From Bacillota bacterium (GTDB lineage: Bacteria; Bacillota; Clostridia; Oscillospirales; Acutalibacteraceae): DNA of 64,000 nt. The position numbers were made by a program, and so were the translations under genes. Location of the stretch: the NCBI GenBank assembly GCA_023458755.1, contig JAEWYE010000058.1, forward strand, positions 7,505-71,504, in the 5' to 3' direction. Below the pieces are notes generated by a model. That model was not told where the DNA came from and did not search any database. It worked only from the letters and a program-made list of their open reading frames with translations. How positions within the stretch are numbered: the stretch's first letter is position 1; every line of letters begins with the position of its first letter. Shown piece by piece: positions 51,682 through 62,290 of the stretch.

Positions 51682-53361
51682 ATGTTTAGAAATATGAGAA
51701 TCGGTAAAAAATTAATTCTGACTTTTGTTTTCGTGACCGTACTGTCCAGCTGTGCGGGTGTGGTCGGTCTGATTCAGATGCGGAATTTAGACACAAATTA
51801 TGCGTATGCTTTAAACCATTATGGATTTGCACAGGCGGATATCGGACTTTTCCATGCGGAATTTAACAACAGCCGTACCATTATCCGGGATATTATATTT
51901 GAAACCGATACAGACACAGTGAATACATATTCCAATGAACTTACACAAATTAATGGTAAGGTCGATAGCTGCTTTTCCAATATGAAAAAGAATATGGCCA
52001 GCCAAAATGAAATTCGTTTGTATAATACGATAAAGGATACCTTATCTCAATATCGTGCAATCAGCGACCAAATTGTAATACTTGCGAAGCAAAACAAAAA
52101 GACCGAAGCACAGACATTTTTAAAAGAGCAGGGCGACCCTCTTTCCGACAAGATTTCCGCTTCCATTGATTCTTTGATTCAAGAAAATACATCAAATGGA
52201 AAGAAAGTGTCCGGCGATCTTGCCACGCAAGTGAACCTCTCCTATTTTACCATGATTGCGATTCTTGTTATTGCTTTGGCTCTTTCGTTCTTCATCGCTT
52301 TCACAATTGCGCGCGGAATCAGCAAGCCAATTCACGAAATGGAGACTGCTGCCCAGCGTATGGCACGGGGTGATTTGAATGTGGAAATTCAGGTGAATTC
52401 CAAGGACGAAATAGGAACTCTTGGTGCAGCCATGGCAAAATCTATGGCATCCATACGGTCATACATAGCGGACATTACAAAAACTCTTGGTGAAATAAAA
52501 CAGGGGAACCTAACAGCTGTTTCCCAATTGGATTATGTCGGCGATTATGCGGAATTAAAGGCTTCGTGCGACGGCATTCTGGAATCGTTAACGGATACGC
52601 TGGGGAATATTAATCAAGCGGCGGAACAGGTGGCAAGCGCTTCCGAGCAAGTATCCAACAGTTCACAAATGCTGGCACAGGGCGCGTCGGAGCAGGCAAG
52701 CTCCGTGGAAGAGCTTGCTGCGGCGGTCTCGGAAATATCCAACCACGTTCAGGAAAATACGGAACATGCAGAAGAAGCCAGAGCGAACGCAAACCGTGTT
52801 TGCGCGGATATTGAAATCAGCAACCGGTATATGGATGAAATGGTTGATTCGATGCAACAGATTCACAATTCATCCGGGGAGATCGGTAAAATCATTCAAA
52901 CGATTGAGGATATCGCGTTTCAAACCAATATACTTGCCTTGAATGCGGCGGTCGAAGCAGCCAGAGCAGGAGCGGCTGGAAAAGGCTTTGCCGTTGTGGC
53001 AGATGAGGTAAGAAATCTGGCGGGGAAAAGCGCCAATGCCGCGAAGGAAACGACTGCCTTAATTCAAAGCTCCATGCAGCAAGTGGAAAAGGGTACAAAA
53101 ACAGCGGATGCAACCGCAAAATCTCTGCTCCAAGTAATCGGGAGTGCACAGACCGTTTCGAATAATGTAGAGCACATCGCGCAGGCATCCCAAAAACAGG
53201 CAAGTGCAGTCAGCCAGATAACAACAGGTGTTGATCAGATTTCAAGTGTAGTACAAACAAACTCTGCAACGGCAGAGGAAAGCGCTGCCGCAAGTGAGGA
53301 GTTTTCCGGTCAGGCGCAGTCGTTAAAAGAATTGGTACAGAAATTCAAATTAAAAAACTGA
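51682..53361 (+). CDS. Methyl-accepting chemotaxis protein (4HB sensor, HAMP, MCP signalling domain)
   Basis: Two TM segments flank a ~170-aa helical sensor; HAMP; conserved MCP hairpin tip [22 protein letters not shown]. Start at [10 protein letters not shown] with an AAAGGGGA RBS. Confidence 0.85.
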   Translation: MFRNMRIGKKLILTFVFVTVLSSCAGVVGLIQMRNLDTNYAYALNHYGFAQADIGLFHAEFNNSRTIIRDIIFETDTDTVNTYSNELTQINGKVDSCFSNMKKNMASQNEIRLYNTIKDTLSQYRAISDQIVILAKQNKKTEAQTFLKEQGDPLSDKISASIDSLIQENTSNGKKVSGDLATQVNLSYFTMIAILVIALALSFFIAFTIARGISKPIHEMETAAQRMARGDLNVEIQVNSKDEIGTLGAAMAKSMASIRSYIADITKTLGEIKQGNLTAVSQLDYVGDYAELKASCDGILESLTDTLGNINQAAEQVASASEQVSNSSQMLAQGASEQASSVEELAAAVSEISNHVQENTEHAEEARANANRVCADIEISNRYMDEMVDSMQQIHNSSGEIGKIIQTIEDIAFQTNILALNAAVEAARAGAAGKGFAVVADEVRNLAGKSANAAKETTALIQSSMQQVEKGTKTADATAKSLLQVIGSAQTVSNNVEHIAQASQKQASAVSQITTGVDQISSVVQTNSATAEESAAASEEFSGQAQSLKELVQKFKLKN

Positions 53362-53440
53362 ACAGATTCAGCATTCAAGAAAAGTGACCTCCAGTCATAG
53401 GAAAGAGCTATGGCTGGAGGTTTTCGATGTTATCGAAATA

Positions 53441-53543
53441 ATAGTCAGTTCATTTGAAAACAAAACCAATTTCCAAGCGTAAAATCCATATATCAAAGAT
53501 TTTACGCTTGCTTCTTGGATGTTTTTTAAGGTTAACGGACTAA
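53441..53543 (+). repeat. Copy 3 of the ~103-nt imperfect-palindrome repeat family
   Basis: Full-length alignment to copies 1 and 2, with a perfect internal stem aagcgtaaaatc/gattttacgctt. It lies just downstream of the MCP terminator hairpin (53386..53425). Confidence 0.8.
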
Positions 53544-53784
53544 AACAACATGCCGAAAGGAAAGACTTTTTGGATATTGGCAGACGTACGAATATTATAG
53601 AATGAATATTAACACATAATTCTTATTAGTGATTATAAAATGGTCAATCTGCGCTAAAGTTGTAACATATCACAATAAAATATGCAGAACAATATGAAAT
53701 CTATATAAAACACAAACTATTTTTGGGAAATCTATTGCAAAGCACAGAACGGTGTGCTACTATATAGGCAGTTGATTGAAAACG

Positions 53785-53822
53785 TTACCGATAAGGTTAC
53801 CGATAAGGATTCCGATAACGAT
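53785..53822 (+). promoter_or_regulatory. Three tandem ~12-nt direct repeats (GTTACCGATAAG x2, GATTCCGATAACG) with an adjacent cre-like site TGAAAACGTTACC (53776..53788)
   Basis: The repeats lie 75-110 nt upstream of the sugar-binding protein gene. The cre-like site matches TGWAANCGNTNWCA at 12/14 positions. Confidence 0.4.
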
Positions 53823-53894
53823 TCCATATTTCGACCAAAGGTAGCGTGTTTCATGCAAAACAAATTAACTAGTTGAAAGGGAGAAGAAAACAGT

Positions 53895-55301
53895 ATGAAA
53901 AAGTCGAAAAAGCTATTGTCATTCGCACTTGCAGCTCTTATGATTGCTGGTGCAACAACCGGCTGCTCTAGCAACACGGGTACTAGCTCAGCAACCGCTT
54001 CCACGGATGCTTCCGCGGCAGCAAGCAGCACAGCAGGAGCCAAAGAATTCTTTTATTTGAATTTTAAACCGGAGACCGCAGACAAATACAAGGAAATTGC
54101 AGCGGCCTATCTCAAAGAAAAAGGCGTTACCGTTAAGGTCGAAACAGCGGCTCAGAATAAGTACGAAGAGACTCTGAGAACCGATATGCAGAAGGACGAC
54201 GCACCGGCACTTTTCCAAATCAACGGACCAGTTGGATACCAGAATTGGAAAGATTACTGCGCAGATATGACCGATTCTAAAATCTACAGCTATTTAACCG
54301 ACAAGAATCTCGCTGTAAAATCGGACGGAAAAGTGTATGGTGTTCCTTATGCGGTAGAAGGCTATGGCATCATTTACAACGACGCTATCATGAAGAAATA
54401 CTTTGCGTTATCCAACAAAGCAGTCAGCATTTCCTCTGCTGCGGATATCAAGAATTTTGATACCTTGAAAAAAGTTGCAGAAGATATGACAAAGAATAAA
54501 GCTGCGTTGGGTATTCAGGGCGTATTCGCTTCCACCTCCTTCAAGAAAGGTGAAGACTGGAGATGGCAAACCCATCTGCTCAATATGCCTTTGTACTATG
54601 AATTCAAAGACAACACAGCATCCCAAGATGTTATTTTGAATGGTTTGAATTCAAAGGAAATTACCTTTAAATATGCTGCAAATTATCAGAACATATTTGA
54701 TCTGTATTTGAACAATTCCTGCACAGACAAAAAATTGCTGAGCAACAAGTCTGTAGATGATTCTATGGCAGAGTTTGCACTTGGCAAAGTAGCAATGGTT
54801 CAAAACGGCAACTGGGCATGGGGTCAAATTGCTAAGGTGAGCGGCAACACAGTTAAAGAAGACGATGTGAAATTCATGCCGATTTACACAGGCGTTTCCG
54901 GCGAAGAAAGCCAGGGCATCTGTGTGGGTACCGAAAACTATTACGCAATTAACAGCAAGGTTTCCGCAGACAAACAAAAGGCTGCACTTGATTTTGTCGA
55001 CTGGTTATTCTCCAGTGCAACCGGTAAGAAATTTGCTACGAATGACTTAGGCCTCATTGCTCCGTTCAATACGTTCTCCGACAGTGAAAAGCCAAACGAC
55101 CCGCTGGCAAAACAGGTTTCCGCAGCTTTAGCGACTGGCAAAACGGTCGTGTGGACTTTCCCGGCATTCCCTGGCCAACAGTTTAAAAATGATGTCGGTT
55201 CCGTTCTTCTTGGATATGTTCAAGGACAAAAGAAATGGGATGACGTTGTAACTACTACCAAAAATTCCTGGAAAACTGAGAAGGCTAATATCGGCAGCTG
55301 A
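53895..55301 (+). CDS. Sugar ABC transporter substrate-binding lipoprotein
   Basis: Lipoprotein signal LAALMIAGATTGCSS, followed by SBP_bac_1 family sequence. Confidence 0.85.
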   Translation: MKKSKKLLSFALAALMIAGATTGCSSNTGTSSATASTDASAAASSTAGAKEFFYLNFKPETADKYKEIAAAYLKEKGVTVKVETAAQNKYEETLRTDMQKDDAPALFQINGPVGYQNWKDYCADMTDSKIYSYLTDKNLAVKSDGKVYGVPYAVEGYGIIYNDAIMKKYFALSNKAVSISSAADIKNFDTLKKVAEDMTKNKAALGIQGVFASTSFKKGEDWRWQTHLLNMPLYYEFKDNTASQDVILNGLNSKEITFKYAANYQNIFDLYLNNSCTDKKLLSNKSVDDSMAEFALGKVAMVQNGNWAWGQIAKVSGNTVKEDDVKFMPIYTGVSGEESQGICVGTENYYAINSKVSADKQKAALDFVDWLFSSATGKKFATNDLGLIAPFNTFSDSEKPNDPLAKQVSAALATGKTVVWTFPAFPGQQFKNDVGSVLLGYVQGQKKWDDVVTTTKNSWKTEKANIGS

Positions 55302-55436
55302 TTAGCTGACTATACCATTAAGTAAATAGGTTATACCGTTCCGTATTCAAATGCGGAACGGTATAACGATAATGGGTTTGGTGAGTCTGGATCATTTCGT
55401 CTGACTCACCGTTTTTACTAAAATAGGAGAAATGAT

Positions 55437-56282
55437 ATGGAGAAAACACTGAAAAAGTATTTTGGCATATTTGCATTGCCTACATTATTAGCATTTTTAC
55501 TATACTTTTTAATTCCGTTTATTTGGGGCATTTATCTATCTTTTACCAGATTCACTATTGCAACCGACGCTAAATGGATTGGTTTGCAGAATTATGTCAG
55601 AGCATTTTCCAATCAGGACTTCCTGCATGCGCTTGGGTTTACAAGTATGTTTACCGTTGTATCGGTTATTTCCATTAATGTCTTAGCTTTTTTCTTAGCC
55701 TATTTGTTAACCAGAGGAAGAAAAGGAACAAATGCGTTCAGAACCATATTTTTCATGCCAAACTTAATCGGCGGTATTGTATTGGGCTACATATGGCAGA
55801 TTATTTTTAACGGCATCCTGAGCAAGTTCGGAGTAACACTGACCTATAGTCCGGAATATGGCTTCTGGGGTTTAGTCATTATGATGAATTGGCAGTTAAT
55901 CGGATATATGATGGTTATCTATATAGCCGGTATTCAGAATGTTCCGCGAGAACTGATTGATGCCGCAAAAGTGGATGGAGCCACGGCTTGGGGAACTTTG
56001 CGCCACGTAACGCTGCCACTGGTTATGCCTTCCATTACGATTTGCCTGTTCCTTACCTTGACAAATTCCTTTAAATTATTCGACCAGAACTTATCCTTGA
56101 CAGGCGGCGAACCGCTGAATCAAACCGCTATGCTGGCACTGGATATTTACAATACCTTCTATAACAGAGGCGGCAGCTGGACCGGTGTAGGCCAAGCAAA
56201 AGCAGTTGTATTCTTTATTTTGGTTACGATTATTGCGTTAGTCCAGCTTACTATCACCAGAAAAAGGGAGGTTGAAAACTAA
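55437..56282 (+). CDS. Sugar ABC transporter permease
   Basis: Six TM helices and the EAA loop (IDAAKVDGATAWGTLRHVTLPL). Confidence 0.85.
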   Translation: MEKTLKKYFGIFALPTLLAFLLYFLIPFIWGIYLSFTRFTIATDAKWIGLQNYVRAFSNQDFLHALGFTSMFTVVSVISINVLAFFLAYLLTRGRKGTNAFRTIFFMPNLIGGIVLGYIWQIIFNGILSKFGVTLTYSPEYGFWGLVIMMNWQLIGYMMVIYIAGIQNVPRELIDAAKVDGATAWGTLRHVTLPLVMPSITICLFLTLTNSFKLFDQNLSLTGGEPLNQTAMLALDIYNTFYNRGGSWTGVGQAKAVVFFILVTIIALVQLTITRKREVEN

Positions 56283-57136
56283 TGGAAAATAATTCAATTC
56301 AAAACAAATCAAGAGTAAAAGAATATACACTGTTTTTATTCATGTCCTTATTGTCCGTTGTGTTTTTATTACCTATCCTTATTGTGGCCATGAATTCCTT
56401 TAAGGGAAAGCTTTATATCAGTGATAATCCTTTTGCACTGCCAAACGGCACTACGTTCTCCGGTATTGAAAACTACTTGAGCGGTATCGAACTTGTCGGC
56501 TTCTTTCAAGCTTTTGGGCTGTCTTTGTTTGTTACAGTCTTTTCTGTCCTCGTAATTGTTTTGTTTACCTCTATGACAGCCTGGTACATAGTCCGGGTAA
56601 AATCGAAATTTACTCGTATGTTGTATTATTTGTTTGTATTTGCCATGGTGGTACCTTTCCAAATGGTCATGTTTACAATGGTGAAAATGGCGAATATGAC
56701 ACATGTTGACAACCCGATTGGCATTGTTATTATTTATTTGGGCTTTGGCGCCGGTCAGGCTGTATTTATCTTTTCTGGGTTTGTCAAATCTATACCGCTT
56801 GAAATAGAAGAAGCCGCTGTGATTGATGGCTGCAATCCTTTTCAGACTTTCTTTAAAGTCGTAATTCCGATTATGAAACCGGTGGCAATTACAGTTGCGA
56901 TTTTGAATGTCATGTGGATTTGGAATGACTATCTGCTGCCCTATTTGGTGCTTGGTACGCAGGAATTCAAAACGATTCCGGTTGCGGTTCAGTATTTGAA
57001 CGGAGCTTACGGAGCTTCCAATATGGGTGCAATGATGGCACTTCTGGTTCTGGCGGTTTTGCCGGTAATTATATTTTACGTTCTCTGCCAGAAGTACATT
57101 ATTGAAGGTATCGTTGCGGGCGCCGTAAAGGGTTAA
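56282..57136 (+). CDS. Sugar ABC transporter permease
   Basis: EAA loop (EEAAVIDGCNPFQTFFKVVIPI). Its start overlaps the previous stop. Confidence 0.85.
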   Translation: MENNSIQNKSRVKEYTLFLFMSLLSVVFLLPILIVAMNSFKGKLYISDNPFALPNGTTFSGIENYLSGIELVGFFQAFGLSLFVTVFSVLVIVLFTSMTAWYIVRVKSKFTRMLYYLFVFAMVVPFQMVMFTMVKMANMTHVDNPIGIVIIYLGFGAGQAVFIFSGFVKSIPLEIEEAAVIDGCNPFQTFFKVVIPIMKPVAITVAILNVMWIWNDYLLPYLVLGTQEFKTIPVAVQYLNGAYGASNMGAMMALLVLAVLPVIIFYVLCQKYIIEGIVAGAVKG

Positions 57137-57165
57137 GTGATTATTGGATGCGGGAAGTGGTAATA

Positions 57166-58647
57166 ATGAGAGCAAGTGGGATTTTAATGCCCATATTCAG
57201 CCTTCCGTCCAAATACGGAATCGGATGTTTCTCCAAAGAAGCTTATCTATTTGTAGATCAATTAAAGAAGTGTGGGCAGCATTTTTGGCAGATACTTCCC
57301 TTGGGGCCAACAAGCTATGGAGATTCACCTTATCAGTCTTTTTCCACCTTTGCTGGCAATCCGTATTTTATTGACGTGGAAGCATTAACGGAAGAAGGTC
57401 TGTTAACAAAAGCAGAATGCGAAGCATGTGATTTTGGGGATAATGAACGATATATTGATTATGAGAAAATCTATCGTGCTAGATTTAAGGTACTGAAAAA
57501 GGCATATGAAAGAAGTAAAATTGACAATGATTCTCATTTTCAGAACTTTGTCTGTAAAAATTCTTTCTGGTTGGAAGATTATGCGCTGTTTATGTCCGTA
57601 AAAAGCTGCTTCGGCGAAAACAGCTGGAGTGAGTGGGATGAGGATATAAAACTCCGACATCCGGATGCGTTGGAGCGCTATCGGGAAAAGCTCAAGGACG
57701 AAGTGAAGTTCTATAAATTCATACAATATACCTTTATAAAACAATGGGAAAAATTAAAAAAGTATGCCAATAAAAACGGCGTTCAAATTATCGGAGATAT
57801 TCCGATCTATGTGGCTTTTGACAGCGCAGACAGCTGGTCGCATTCCGAGCTGTTTCAATTTGATGAATCCAAAACTCCGACCGCAGTTGCAGGCTGTCCT
57901 CCGGACGGATTTTCAAAAACCGGTCAACTTTGGGGGAATCCGCTTTATGCTTGGGAGTATCATAAGAAAACTTCGTATGCATGGTGGATTCAAAGAATAT
58001 CGTACTGCTTCCAGCTATATGATGTAGTTCGGGTGGACCATTTCAGGGGGTTTGATCAATACTATTCCATTCCCTATGGTGATCCGACCGCAGAATATGG
58101 CTGTTGGAGGGAAGGGCCGGGTCTTGACATGTTCAAAAAGCTGAGCGAGGAACTTGGTAAGTTGAACATCATTGCGGAGGACTTGGGATTTGTGACAGAT
58201 AGTGTACGGAAATTGGTGCGGGATACGGGTTACCCGGGTATGAAGGTGCTGGAGTTTGCGTTTGATTCCAGAGAGAAAAGCGATTATATGCCACATAATT
58301 ACCACCATAATTGTGTGATTTACACCGGAACCCATGATAATGATACGATTAAGGGCTGGTATCAAGCCATGCCGGAAGCAGACAGACAATTATCCATCGA
58401 CTACATGGGGAATGCGCAGACCGATTTTAAGAATATTCACTGGGATTTTATACGGTTGGCTCTCAGCAGCGTGGCCGATTTAGCCATTATTCCGATTCAG
58501 GATTACTTAGGGCTGGGTTCGGAGGCAAGAATAAACCGTCCGTCCACAATCGGTGAAAACTGGAAATGGCGTTTGCAAAATGGAGAAATAACGGAAGAAC
58601 TTTTGCGTAAAATAGCAAGACTCACTGCATTATATAGCAGAGGGTAA
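57166..58647 (+). CDS. malQ: 4-alpha-glucanotransferase (amylomaltase, GH77)
   Basis: GILMPIFSLPS...GDSPYQS N-terminus and overall match to MalQ/DPE. The alternative start at 57148 has a weaker RBS. Confidence 0.9.
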   Translation: MRASGILMPIFSLPSKYGIGCFSKEAYLFVDQLKKCGQHFWQILPLGPTSYGDSPYQSFSTFAGNPYFIDVEALTEEGLLTKAECEACDFGDNERYIDYEKIYRARFKVLKKAYERSKIDNDSHFQNFVCKNSFWLEDYALFMSVKSCFGENSWSEWDEDIKLRHPDALERYREKLKDEVKFYKFIQYTFIKQWEKLKKYANKNGVQIIGDIPIYVAFDSADSWSHSELFQFDESKTPTAVAGCPPDGFSKTGQLWGNPLYAWEYHKKTSYAWWIQRISYCFQLYDVVRVDHFRGFDQYYSIPYGDPTAEYGCWREGPGLDMFKKLSEELGKLNIIAEDLGFVTDSVRKLVRDTGYPGMKVLEFAFDSREKSDYMPHNYHHNCVIYTGTHDNDTIKGWYQAMPEADRQLSIDYMGNAQTDFKNIHWDFIRLALSSVADLAIIPIQDYLGLGSEARINRPSTIGENWKWRLQNGEITEELLRKIARLTALYSRG

Positions 58648-58922
58648 TATTCCTTTATAATCTAAATTATAAGTTTTAGATTCTAACCTTCTTGTGAAGC
58701 CTTTCGGTCAACAGATGTAAGTCATCGGCTTGCATTTGTTGAGTGAGGGCTTTAAAATTCCGCTTGCTAAGGCGAAAATTTAAAGTGAATTCATATAAGA
58801 AATATCTGTATTTTTATTGCATTTTGTAACATAATTTGCTATATTTATTACTAAGAAACAGCAAGAGCTTGCAGCTTGATTGTGGCGCACAGGAAACTGT
58901 AGGTTAAAGGGAGAACAAGTGT

Positions 58923-59954
58923 ATGGACACAATTACAATTAAAGATGTTGCAAGAATGTGCGGAGTTGGCGTAACAACAGTATCCCGAGCAATTAATAAT
59001 CATCCGGATATCAGCGAAGAAACAAAAGCCATGATTATGCAGGTGATTAAGGAAAATCACTATGTTCCAAACAACAGTGCAAGAAACCTGAAACGGACAG
59101 CTTCCAAAACCATAGCAGTTTTAATCAAAGGTATTACCAACCCTTTTTTCAACCGAATGCTCCAAGTCTTTGAAAAAGAAACCCAGCGAAAAAAATACTC
59201 CTACATTTTGCAGCGCGTCGATGAAAATCAGGATGAAATCGATGTTGCAATCGAATTGGAGAAGGAGAAACGTTTAAAGGGAATTGTATTCCTTGGCGGA
59301 TATTTTTCGCATTCAAAGGAGAAGCTGGAGCAATTATCGGTGCCGTTTGTGCTTAGTACGATCGGAATGACTGCAGAAGTGGATAAGAATAATTATTCGT
59401 CCGTATCAGTTGATGACTTTAAAGAAAGCTACAAAATGGTAGATTATCTTTGCAGCCTTGGCCATAAAAAGATTGCAATCATTTCAGCCAATATGGAAGA
59501 TGAAAGTATCGGAAAGTTAAGATATCAGGGGTATCGGAAAGCCTTGGAAAACAATGGAATCGTATTTAATCAAAATTTAGTATGGTGCATGAAGGATAAT
59601 ATTGAAAGCTATACGATGGAAAATGGATATATTGTAGCAAAAGAACTGCTGGAATCCAAACAAGAGTTCACAGCGCTATATGCCGTTTCTGACAGTTTAG
59701 CAATCGGCGCGTGCAAAGCAATTATCGAAGCAGGGAAAAGAGTTCCGGAGGATTATTCGGTTGCTGGATTCGACGGTTTGGATATGGGCTTTTACTATAA
59801 TCCTTCCATTACTACTATCCGACAGCCAGTGGAGGAAATTGCGGAGGAGACCATTAAAATTCTTTTCCGTTTGATTCAGAACAGAACAACGCAGGAGCAC
59901 AAAACATTTCCGGCAGAACTGGTTGTTCGCGATTCGACTGCTCCTCTGCTCTGA
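58923..59954 (+). CDS. LacI family transcriptional regulator
   Basis: N-terminal HTH ITIKDVARMCGVGVTTVSRAIN plus a periplasmic-binding-protein-like sugar-binding core. Confidence 0.85.
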   Translation: MDTITIKDVARMCGVGVTTVSRAINNHPDISEETKAMIMQVIKENHYVPNNSARNLKRTASKTIAVLIKGITNPFFNRMLQVFEKETQRKKYSYILQRVDENQDEIDVAIELEKEKRLKGIVFLGGYFSHSKEKLEQLSVPFVLSTIGMTAEVDKNNYSSVSVDDFKESYKMVDYLCSLGHKKIAIISANMEDESIGKLRYQGYRKALENNGIVFNQNLVWCMKDNIESYTMENGYIVAKELLESKQEFTALYAVSDSLAIGACKAIIEAGKRVPEDYSVAGFDGLDMGFYYNPSITTIRQPVEEIAEETIKILFRLIQNRTTQEHKTFPAELVVRDSTAPLL

Positions 59955-60153
59955 AAGTTTATAGTGCAAGTTCGGTGGCGATTTGGTTGATACCTTTTGC
60001 CACCGGTTTTTTATCTCAAGTTTCCATTATCGTTTAAACGATTATACATCAGCGGAATAAAATAATTGTAATTCTAATAATAAATTAAAACAGGATTGAT
60101 ATTGCTTATAATAAAATTCGATAATTTCAATATATTTTAAAGGATGTGCGAGA

Positions 60154-61731
60154 ATGTTAACCCTTTTCAATACACTAAGAAATTTTGTCTTCAAGCATTT
60201 ATCTCTTATTTTAATAATTCTGTTTATTATGAGCATTGCACCTCTTCTTGTAATTTCAATATACAATTGGCCGTCTATTGATGATTTTCGTTTTAGTATT
60301 CAAACACGTCAGGCACTGTCAGCAACAGGATTTCCTGTTCTCAATGTAATTAAAGCTGCAGCCACTACTGTTTCCAGCTCCTACTATCAGTGGCAAGGGA
60401 CTTTTTCCGCTATTTTTCTAATGGCTCTGCAGCCTAATGTATTTTCCGCCAGAGGCTATATACTTGTTCCAATCATATTGCTAGCCTTCTTAATATTTGC
60501 AACATTTTATTTGTTAGATACAATTATTATTAAGCATCTGCATTTGGAAAGAAAGTATCTTGTTTATATTGGCATACCAATGCTTTTTTTGCAAATTCAG
60601 TTTGTTCCTTCAACAGTACAAGCATTTTACTGGTATAACGGAGCAGTCTATTATACTTTCTTCTATTCTTTAATGTTACTATATATCAGTGAATTAATTC
60701 GAATTTATTTCAGTAAAAATAAATATATAAAGAGTTTGGTTGTTTCTATTGTTCTTGCCGTTGTATTGGGTGGTGGCAACTTTGTTACCTCTCTGTTGAT
60801 GTCGCTGATTGGTGCATGTTTTATTGTGCTGTCTATATTCAGCCATGCGAAACAATCAAAACGAACAGTATTCCTTATATTACCTGAAGTTACTCTGCTG
60901 ATTGCATTTGCAATTAGTATGGTTGCTCCCGGAAATTCAGTCAGACAAGCGTATTTTACAAAATTAAGCCCACTGCGGGCCATATACCAAAGTATTGTTC
61001 AGGCTTTGACTGACATTAAAAATTGGACGACCCCTACGGTTATCATTATTTGTTTACTGTTAATTCCGGTTATGGCTAGAATTGCAAAAAAGATTCATTT
61101 GTCATATCGTCTACCGGGAATTTTATTGGGAATTACATTTTTACTATTCGCTGCTCAGAATACTCCTACCTGGTATGCCCAATCTTTTGTTGGACCCACC
61201 AGATTGAGAGATATTATTTTTTATTCGTATATTTGGGCCCTTTTTATAAACCTCACTTACTGGCTCGGCTGGTTTCAAAAAACGTATGCATCGTCCCTGT
61301 CTGAATTACGAAATTTATTGAAAAATCGGTTTCATCCACAAGAAATTATTTCCACTAAAACCTTCGTTTTATCACTTCTTCTTGTTTTATTGATTGTTAC
61401 AAATTTAAGTTCTGCTAATCTGAGTAAGGTAAGCAGCTTTATCTGTACTTCCGATTTGCTCAGCGGAAAAGCCGCTGCTTACAATAAGCAGCTTGGTGAA
61501 AGACAATTAATTTTGGATAATCCGAGCATTGAAGAAGTAAAAGTGCCTGCCATAACTGTTTTCCCAAAAAGTTTATATTTAAGTGATATGTCAGGTGATC
61601 CACAATATTGGACGAACAAAAGTCTGGCTGCATTTTACAATAAAAAGTCGGTTCAAACATACAGTATCCCAGTAGTAAAGCCATCAGATAAAGCTCAAAC
61701 CACTAGTGATGAGCCGGTAATATTTAAGTGA
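60154..61731 (+). CDS. Polytopic membrane protein, GT-C-glycosyltransferase-like (paralog B of 36213..37793)
   Basis: About 55-60% amino-acid identity to the 36213 gene along its full length, with the same WxxxDDFRF loop motif. The nucleotide-level similarity extends into the 5' UTR (aaaggatgtgcgaRaatg). Confidence 0.7.
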   Translation: MLTLFNTLRNFVFKHLSLILIILFIMSIAPLLVISIYNWPSIDDFRFSIQTRQALSATGFPVLNVIKAAATTVSSSYYQWQGTFSAIFLMALQPNVFSARGYILVPIILLAFLIFATFYLLDTIIIKHLHLERKYLVYIGIPMLFLQIQFVPSTVQAFYWYNGAVYYTFFYSLMLLYISELIRIYFSKNKYIKSLVVSIVLAVVLGGGNFVTSLLMSLIGACFIVLSIFSHAKQSKRTVFLILPEVTLLIAFAISMVAPGNSVRQAYFTKLSPLRAIYQSIVQALTDIKNWTTPTVIIICLLLIPVMARIAKKIHLSYRLPGILLGITFLLFAAQNTPTWYAQSFVGPTRLRDIIFYSYIWALFINLTYWLGWFQKTYASSLSELRNLLKNRFHPQEIISTKTFVLSLLLVLLIVTNLSSANLSKVSSFICTSDLLSGKAAAYNKQLGERQLILDNPSIEEVKVPAITVFPKSLYLSDMSGDPQYWTNKSLAAFYNKKSVQTYSIPVVKPSDKAQTTSDEPVIFK

Positions 61732-62290
61732 AAAATTAACATTGCAAAGGACATAGCTTATACGGAGAAATCACAAACGGGTACTACGTTTAGAAAAAGC
61801 CTCTACTCCCTTGGCAATGCCAACAAGGCGGAAGCAGAAACATTTAAATATGCTGACCAAGATAATCAGCTTTAGTTCATCTCAGGTGTGTTAATTTGGA
61901 TGGCTGTTCGACCAGTGCGAACGCTTGAAAAGGGATTGCCAAATCTATATAGTTTGTGTTATTGTGTTCATAGCGAATAGGATTTCCTTTCTGTGTGTTG
62001 TTGGTGTGGTAACTTAACTGTAACACAGGCTTTTCCTATTCGCTATCTTTTTTCACTTATTGTAACGCTTCAATTGTAATCCTAGAATTCACAAAAAAGC
62101 ATCTATCCTTGGGCTTGATCATTCTATTTATAACGAGTATTATGTCCCCTTTGTTGGTAGCCATAATGAAAGATATCCTTATTATACCATATTAGAATAA
62201 ATATAATTATTGTCGTGCTAGAATTTATGGATAGTTTTTAAATGTTATAATTAATCTAAAATAATTTTATAAAATGGGGTATTTGCTCAA

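Noticed and set aside
53785-53822. CRISPR array
   Set aside because: Only three 12-nt units without spacers. No other direct-repeat arrays were seen in the window.
58651-58922. Possible structured element or terminator after malQ (partial palindromes around 58735-58790)
   Set aside because: The stems are imperfect and are not followed by a T-tract, so this is not convincing.
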